From Octopus vulgaris (lineage: Eukaryota), in the NCBI GenBank assembly GCA_951406725.2, contig OX597822.1:105524001-105588000 (forward strand): a DNA stretch of 64,000 bases, given 5' to 3'. The position numbers and the translations under genes were made by a program. The notes below the pieces were generated by a model, which did no database searches, was not told the DNA's origin, and saw only the letters and a program-made list of their open reading frames with translations. Of the stretch, positions 56,362-64,000 are shown one piece after another; the stretch's first letter is position 1, and each line of letters opens with the position of its first letter.

Positions 56362-56586
56362 TCGAAGGGGTAGTGAAAAGTTTCTGGCTTTAAAATTATC
56401 GCAAAAGGCCTGATTGTAAGTTCAAAATTCTGAGTTCTTTTATTTTACAAGGATTAAAGAAAAACGAAGGGCAGCTGCCTGCTTTGTGTGAATCTGAGAG
56501 GGAAATACGTTGTATTAAATCGTAATTAACTGCTCCGCCTATATAATGTTTTAGCTAAAGCCATGAAATTTACCGCACCCACTTGC
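56362..56586 (-). mobile_element. Mariner-derived MITE, same family as 29632-29846
   Basis: CGAAGGGGTAGTGAAAAGTTTCTGGC terminus; CTGAGAGGGAAATACGTTG...TAATTAACTG is the reverse complement of the 29.7-kb interior. Confidence 0.7.
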
Positions 56587-56663
56587 ACAAATATATATAT
56601 ATATATATATACAAATATATTACATGTATGTAATATATATATATTCCATCGTTTCAACTCACT

Positions 56664-56720
<57 letters not shown>

Positions 56721-56725
<5 letters not shown>

Positions 56726-57085
56726 ATATAATTCGAGACAAAACCACTATTTTGCAAAACAAACAAGGAAAGACTTAATCAATACATAAAAATTTTTAAT
56801 ATAAAGAAATAAACCGCCACTACAATCGTTTCATGTCTTCAATGGCATTCGTCAGGTGGATTTTCGATCTCCTAATCTGTTTTAATTTATGAAGACATGA
56901 AACGATTGTAGTGGCGGTTTATTTCTTTATATTAAAAATTTTTATGTATTGATTAAGTCTTTCCTTGTTTGTTTTGCAAAATAGTGGTTTTGTCTCGAAT
57001 TATATTATATAATATTTTACTATAAAATTGGATTTAATCCTAAATCTGATTTTCCCCTGTAAATTTGGATTTCTTCCCTAATATT

Positions 57086-57090
<5 letters not shown>
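56721..57090. mobile_element. Non-coding Penelope-like pLTR insertion in (TA)n with perfect 121-bp inverted repeat
   Basis: Arms 56721-56841 / 56890-57010, 48-nt spacer; plus copy continues to ~57090; contains a hammerhead. Confidence 0.8.
56817..56859 (-). ncRNA. Minimal type I hammerhead ribozyme
   Basis: CCAC CTGACGA ATGCC attgaa GACAT GAAAC gatt GTA GTGG: full core, 4-bp stem I, stem II 4/5, self-complementary stem III ACGAUUGU, GUA triplet. Confidence 0.85.
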
Positions 57091-57124
<34 letters not shown>

Positions 57125-57217
57125 GAGATAATGGTGTCATTGAAACCCAAAGGTGTCAGGTATTGCTGAATAAGTGCTATAGACAGACCATAGTTAAGTT
57201 CCAGATTCGGTAATATT

Positions 57218-57374
57218 GCGAATAAAGGGTTCAACGTTGGTTCTATATCAGTGTGTGTATATAAGAATTTTTCCGTAATAAGATAAAAAACCAGCCTTGG
57301 TTTTTTATCTTATTACGCAAAAATTTATTATATATACACGCTGACATAGAACCAACTTTGAACCCTTTATTCGC
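57218..57374. repeat. ~76-bp-arm imperfect hairpin with 4-nt loop within a (TA)n-flanked insert (57121-57374)
   Basis: GCGAATAAAGGGTTCAA...AAAAAACCA gcct TGGTTTTTT...TTGAACCCTTTATTCGC. Confidence 0.92.
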
Positions 57375-59432
57375 TATATATATATATATATATACATTCA
57401 TTATATAAATCTACACACGCAAACACACACACACATATATATATATATATATCGATAGATTTTGTTATTCATTCTTCTTTGCTCTTTAGTAAACACTCTT
57501 TGTCAACCTTTGTTTCAGTGCATGAACTTAGTGGGTTGATAAAAACGAAAATGCTGGAGTAAGATGCGTGCTTGCGTCGATGTGGTTGACTAAACCCTTA
57601 AAATACTCTGCCTCGACAAAGTTGCATCCCAATGACTGGCGTCAATAAAATACTAAATGAGTGAGCGTTTGTATGTGCTATTGTGAACGAGTTTATGCCT
57701 ATATGTATACGTATATTCAGAAATACACAAATACATTATCCATATATATATATATATATATAACATGCATCCTAATCTTATTTTCCACTTCGGAAGGCTA
57801 TGTCTTGTGTTTAAAGAGTTTTGTCTTTATGTCCATTCAGAACTACTTTTTTTTTCTCTTTTGCAATGTTCCATTTTGTTAATGATTAAAAAACAAAGCA
57901 GATGGCAGGTTTCAAATTTTCGCACTTTATTTAATATTGTTTTGATGGTCTTAACATGGATGACTTAGCAAAAACGCCAGAAATTCGTGTTATTATCAAT
58001 AAAATTGGGTAAGTGACAGTTGCAAGTAATAAAATAACTAATATGGTAAACTTTTGTATGAAAATGTCTCTTGAAAAATTTTCAAGTGTTTTTAAATTCT
58101 TGGTGGATGTCATACTCTTTCGTTTTAAAAGCAAAACGATATTGGAAAAATGTCTTACCTAAGCAAAAAATATATTTGTTTCCCTTTTAGAAAGAAGATT
58201 TTCATTGGACAGATTCTAATTCGAGAATATTTATGCTTTTACTCGCTCTCGTTCGTTTAGAGGTATTTAAAGAATGCATTTAAAAATACGACTTAATTCT
58301 GTCAGTTTAGAGTTTTATGTAATAGTTCATAGCATGGGGTAGGGAATGCTAAGACCCTACCTATAATAACGAGATTGTAGCTATTACACTTCCTCCTTGT
58401 GTCGCAAATGTTTCTCGAAAGCCGGCAGTCGCCTGCATTCTTGTTTCACTTTCCAAATGAATCTTAGAAATTGAGAATATAAAATAAATCGATATTTATG
58501 CTGGTTATTTAAAATCACCATTATCCTATCATTTAAAGTACATTATAATGAGTGCTGTAGCTAAAGTATCTTTTATTACATTTTTAAATATATCACTGTC
58601 AAGATAAATCTTTTCTCTGTAAAGTGTGTCTATTATCAGGAGACGCATTAACAATGGCGTTCTTCATTTTGAAGTGCTGCTATCCATAGTCTTAATATCA
58701 CCCTGTATTTTGTATCAAGTTCTAACCTGTCTTGATTAATCATATACACTAATTCTTTAATTCTTGAACCATCGTGCCGCAATTAAATAAACCTATCTTT
58801 TATAACTTGTATTAGTTAGCGAAAATTTAATAGTGTAGAATATCTTTCCTCTTTGTTTCTTCTATAGAGATTATCATTAAGACCATGTATGTTATTTCTT
58901 TATTACCCACTAGGGGCGAATTAAGACCATGTATGTATTAGTGTCTGTATATACACACATACATACATATATATATATATAATCTCATTCTCACACATAT
59001 ATGCTTATGTTACATTCGCATGCCCATTCATACGTATAGGCATGTATATGTATCACTTATAATCATTGCAGATAGCCGTTCTTTCTTGCGTCCACAGTGT
59101 TTTCCAATGTTATATTCTCTTAGTAATCATCTAATCCTGTTATCAGATTTCTTTTTGGCAATTTAGTGTTGTGGAAAATTCTTCTTCTTGACATCCCGTT
59201 GGGCAATCAAGCAGATCTTAATTCAATATGAGTCCATTATTGCCGAAAGTGAAACTTAGAAAATACTATTATTAAATTCGGCATAGCGTGTAGCTGTTGT
59301 ATAGCAACCTAAGGCAGCCTGAATTATTGAAAAGGTCAGCCAGATCGGAAATCAGAGCACGTAGTGTTATCAACCTAAAGGTTTCCATAGACTCTAGTTG
59401 ATGTCTTTAAGTAACTAATAATCTAATTGTAA

Positions 59433-59480
<48 letters not shown>

Positions 59481-59891
59481 AGAGAGAGAGAGAGAGAAAG
59501 ACATGCATTTATGTATCCACAACATAGGTACTACACACATATATACATACATACATACATGTACATGTGCATACATATATAAATGAATGTGTGCGTTTGT
59601 ATGCGTACAATGCTTTGAAAAAGAAGCAAAGAAACATGATTTTTATATGGAACCTTTCATCCGTTATTGCAGGCCAAGAACAAAGAGAGATCGCAGGTTT
59701 TATTTAGCACCCAGGTTGCTTTGTGATACAAACGATCAACTTTCAAATAATTCTTCTCTATCAATTTCAATAATGAATGCTGCTTTAAATAGCTTTGACG
59801 AAAACAAAGATACAGAGGATTTTCGTTGATCATTAGTTAATCACGTTGCTCCTAGTCTATAGCTAGATGGCCGTTTTTCTATGTATAGCTA

Positions 59892-59941
<50 letters not shown>

Positions 59942-60046
59942 TTTCCCCACCTATCTATCTTTTCATATGTATGTATATGCGTATATAAAACGACCTATCT
60001 ATCGCTCCTCCTGTCAGTCTCGCTCTGTACACACACACACATACAC

Positions 60047-60124
<78 letters not shown>

Positions 60125-60370
60125 GACAGGATTTCAGCAAATTTAACGGGGAGGGGACTAGTTGATATTTTCGACCCTGTTTGCTTGACAAATACTTTAT
60201 TTTCCTGGAACCCGTCGAGAAAAATTTTACCTCGGCGGGATTGGGAAATGGAAAATCTATACTGAACTTGTTCACATTATGCCGCAATGGTGATAACAGT
60301 CCAGAGTCTTTTGTATTTGCAAGCGTCTCTGAATGTCAAACTTGTATTGCTCTAACCCTTATATAATTGC

Positions 60371-60754
60371 TGGAGGCGCAATGGCCCAGTGGTTAGGGCA
60401 GCGGACTCGCGGCCATAGGATCGCGGTTTCGATTCCCAGACCGGGCGTTGTGAGTGTTTATTGAGCGAAAACACCTAAAGCTCCACGAGGCTCCGGCAGG
60501 GGATGGTGGTGATCCCTGCTGTACTCTTTCACCACAACTTTCTCTCACTCTTACTTCCTGTTTCTGTTGTACCTGTATTTCAAAGGGGCCGGCCTTGTCA
60601 CTCTCTGTGTCACGCTGAATATCCCCGAGAACTAGGTTAAGGGTACACGTGTCTGTGGAGTGCTCAGCCACTTACACGTTAATTTCACGAGCAGGCTGTT
60701 CCGTTGATTCGGATCAACCGGAACCCTCGTCGTCGTAACCGACGGAGTGCTTCC
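60371..60754 (+). mobile_element. Young OR1/OR2-like SINE, full length, 10-bp TSD
   Basis: Intact A/B boxes; TSD ATATAATTGC / ATATAGTTGC; near-identical to 39361-39748. Confidence 0.92.
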
Positions 60755-60836
60755 ATATAGTTGCATAGAAGTGTTTGTGTTTCTTCATCTCTGCTTGTTG
60801 CTCTCCCTGCTTCGATTCTAAATTATAAACACATAC

Positions 60837-60992
60837 TTCCGTAGAATTTTTCTAGGTCCATGTGTAGCACACTGATATTCACATTGGCCAAGACGTATTT
60901 CGTTTCTTCATTTGCGGCAGAGAGAAAGACACCCACAGCCGCAATTTGAGAAACAGGGGTTTGCAAACTTCTTGATCGATCGTAGACAATTT
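60837..60992 (-). CDS. Candidate symmetric phase-1 exon (156 nt), unknown product
   Basis: ttgcatgtag| ... |gtatgt; single open frame IVYDRSRSLQTPVSQIAAVGVFLSAANEETKYVLANVNISVLHMDLEKFYG. Confidence 0.25.
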
Positions 60993-61204
60993 CTACATGC
61001 AAGGATATTAAATTTTCATAGACATAGCACGGCTACTGTATTTATTAAAAGAACATAGCAAGATGTTACAAAATGTAATGAAATAAACAAGATAAAATCT
61101 TTATGTATCGACGTGGTGGGTGCCGAGACATTACACAATGCATTAAAATACGTTTACAATTTATAAATAAAAATAACTATTTATATAGTATAAGCGCAGA
61201 GAAA

Positions 61205-61378
61205 ATTGGTTTCAAAGGAAGCCAGAAACCAGCAATGTCGGGGATGGGGGTAAGTTGATTTCATCGACCCCAGTGTACAACTGGTACTTATTTACTCCGA
61301 AATATTGAAAGGCAGAATTAGTCTCCGTTATTAAGCATTTTCCACGGTGTACTAACGATTCTGCCAGGTCGCAGCTTT
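61205..61378 (-). mobile_element. SINE group A, degenerate
   Basis: ATCGACCCCAGTGTACAACTGGTACTTATTT...ACTAACGATTCTGCCAGGTCGC. Confidence 0.75.
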
Positions 61379-61727
61379 GAGCGCAGAGGACATTTAATAA
61401 AGAAAGTTGTAAGTTCTGGTGAGACAAAAAAAAAAAAAAAAAAAAAAAAAGTGACCCAGTCCCAGACGGGTAGAAACCCCACCTATTTGGGATCTAAATA
61501 AACCAAAACACTACTCACCTACCATTAGTCGTATTGGAGCGTATTTGTCTTTGTTTTTCTAGCGCTGGAAAACTATTTAACACCCTTCTGAAACACATGT
61601 CGTATGTTAGGATATATTATTTAAAGTGGCATTCACTGTCACCTATTGTTTTAATAACGTATAAATTCACTTATTATGTCCCTCGTTACAAACGGCATGT
61701 TGTTCTCATTATTACATTCCAAAATTG

Positions 61728-61945
61728 AAGGCGGTAAGCTAGCAGAAACGTTAGCACGCCGGGAAAAATGCTTAGCGGCATTCTGTCCGTCTTTACGTTC
61801 TGAGTTCAAATTCCGCTGGGGTTGACTTTGCCTTTCATCCTCTCTGGGTTGATAAATTAAGTACAAGTGAAATACTGGGGTTGATGTAAACGAGTAGTCC
61901 CATCCCATCAAATTTCAGTTCTTGTGCCTTCAATAGAAAGGATTA
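61728..61945 (+). mobile_element. SINE group A, full length
   Basis: AAGGCGGTAAGCTAGCAGAAACGTTAGCACGCCGGG...GAGTTCAAATTCC...GACTTTGCCTTTCATCC. Confidence 0.9.
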
Positions 61946-62314
61946 TTACACTTCAAAACGAAAAATCTTCCTGACAGAGCTACGACACATCGGACCGGGC
62001 AATTAGACAAAAATTATAAACTTATACCATATGTAAGGATGTTTGTTCCCAAACAACACTTATTTTAGAGCTGTTGACATCACTGGATTAAATGATAATG
62101 CCTAGGTGTCAAAACCGTAGTGATGTCCGTGTGGCAGCTGATGATAGAAGTGTGTTGGATTGTTGGTATGGCTGTTATTGTATGTGCAAAATAGTTTTAT
62201 AAGACATCCTTTTGATATGACTACATCTAATATTACAACATATACCTACACAGTTCTACACCGTTTCACATGACTTTATTCATTAACACTTATTAAATCT
62301 TCAGATGTTCTTAC

Positions 62315-62495
62315 AACTTTGGTCTTCGTCGTAAAACCTTGCTTTCGTTTGTTCAATAAAACTTCCTCCTCGAAATGATTTTGCTTTCATTTTGTGATAG
62401 CTCTCATGCAGGAAATGCCAGATTTGAAGTCCTGTTTTCTGATTAGGTAAAATTTGTTCAAACTTAAACATGCTTGACATTTTTCTGCAAATTTT
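62315..62495 (-). CDS. Candidate coding exon (181 nt), unknown product
   Basis: Strong acceptor ttttcttatttatttgttccag|, donor |gtaaga; open frame KICRKMSSMFKFEQILPNQKTGLQIWHFLHESYHKMKAKSFRGGSFIEQTKARFYDEDQS. Confidence 0.3.
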
Positions 62496-63089
62496 CTGGA
62501 ACAAATAAATAAGAAAATCGGATTTAACGTGGAAAAGTATTTCAATATACCAAATTTGAAAATTTTGATGTAATTTTAAAATCTCACAATATGTGATAGC
62601 AACAAGGAAGACCCTACAAAAGTAAACACACAGACAGTTGTAGGCGTGACACATGCACACAGACGCACATTTACAAACGTACAAAGAGATAATCAAGAAT
62701 TCAAAATGATGTATAATAGGCATATGTATGTATGTCCGAATATATGTATTTATATGTATGTGTGTAGAAAAGCCACCTACCCCTTCTCTGCTTAAAGCTA
62801 CGTATGCTTCACACCCACCATTCTCTCCCTTCGTCGGCCTTTAAAAAGTTAGTTGTGTGTATGTGTGTGTGTGTGTGTGCATGTATCTATGCATTTACGG
62901 AAGTATGTATGCAGCGTCGCGTGCATATAACAGCTGTATTTACGTTACAATCCCATTGCCACCCAATATTTGTCGATTACACAATGTTGTACTCCCCTTC
63001 CTTGATATCAGTCACACCTACTCTGCTACTACGTTTCCCTCACACTAATACTTTTTGCACCCTTCTCATTTTATAACATCATTCGCCTA

Positions 63090-63241
63090 ACCCCACTAGG
63101 GGGCACATTATAGATTTTTTATCGAAATCCAATTAACCTATTATTGAACTGAATGTCAGTGTAACAAGTATGCAAAATTTGGTGAATATTGGTTCGCTGC
63201 TTTACGAAGTAAGATTGTAACAGACCAGACAAAAATTGCCA

Positions 63242-63250
<9 letters not shown>
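63090..63250 (-). mobile_element. Helitron-like 5' fragment
   Basis: Minus TATATATGAATGGCAATTTTTGTCTGG...CCAATATTCACCAAATTTTGCATAC resembles the 5' part of 51407-51786. Confidence 0.5.
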
Positions 63251-63301
<51 letters not shown>

Positions 63302-63313
63302 CATGTATGTATG

Positions 63314-63358
<45 letters not shown>

Positions 63359-63504
63359 ACGTATGTATACACACTAGCACACATACATACGAGTACATAT
63401 ATACACAGAGGCACATATACTTATATCTCTGCTTCAGTAAACGGGTTGTGCATGTATAAGTCATTATGCATCTGTATTAGAATTTACATGTAACCTGCAA
63501 AAGA

Positions 63505-63563
63505 GACTGACGAATAGTCTGCACTTGCTGTGTCGGTTATGAAAAGGTTATGAAAAGGTCATC
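63505..63563 (+). ncRNA. Degenerate hammerhead-like motif
   Basis: CTGACGA ATAGTC-tgcac-ttgct-gtgtc-GGTTAT GAAAA G GT(T/C); an 11-bp duplication GGTTATGAAAA disrupts it; stem I poor. Confidence 0.35.
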
Positions 63564-64000
63564 AGAAGTGGTTAGATCATCCGATTTCTATAGACGAGGA
63601 AACAGAAAGAGAGTAGTAGAGAGACAGAGAGAAAGTACTTTAAAACTTGCTAGAAACAAAGGACAGGGTTTGCAACTATTGCATATTAATACATGCGTAC
63701 AAAGTTGTGTGCGTTCCTGTGCGTGTATCTTTCTTTCTCACCATCTATTCATCTCTGTGTATGAGTTCGTGTGTGTGATTGTGTGTATATATGTGTGTGT
63801 GTGTGTAATGTTTGTTTATTTTTTATACAGAAATTTTACATACGCTTATGCTACAAACTTATAAAGTTTTGCAAATGTATAGAGCTAAATAGTATTGAAT
63901 TTTTTCATGCTCAAATTTTGCATGTGATCGATCGTCTCTGCGGTACTCCGTAGATATTGGTATATTTCACATCACAAAATAGCAATTAGATATGTCGGTA

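Noticed and set aside
59587-59829. ORF containing KRDRRFYLAPRL (PRLamide-like)
   Set aside because: No amidation Gly or dibasic site after PRL, no signal peptide.
62028-62226. Possible FN3-like exon (SKISVVWEQ)
   Set aside because: Stops in all three minus frames.

Overview
AT-rich, microsatellite-saturated eukaryotic non-coding DNA, most consistent with an octopus genome (inferred from tRNA-derived SINEs resembling octopus OR1/OR2 and the repeat landscape). Almost all supplied ORFs are microsatellite translation artefacts. No intact, recognisable host gene was found; there are only three weak candidate minus-strand exons. The window holds many transposon remnants: four SINE groups, LINE fragments (CR1-like, Tx1-like, RTE, Dong/R4-like), DNA transposons (hAT-like with 8-bp TSD, Chapaev3-like, mariner and its MITEs), non-autonomous Helitrons, and Penelope-like elements (two GIY-YIG remnants). 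The most interesting signal is a set of minimal type I hammerhead-ribozyme motifs. Two have intact cores (56817-56859, 51922-51975), one has a compensatory U3:A8 core (30773-30815), and several are degenerate. Most lie in Penelope-like remnants or in short non-coding inserts in or beside microsatellites, and two are part of divergent inverted repeats. All calls were made by eye; no searches or folding programs were run.
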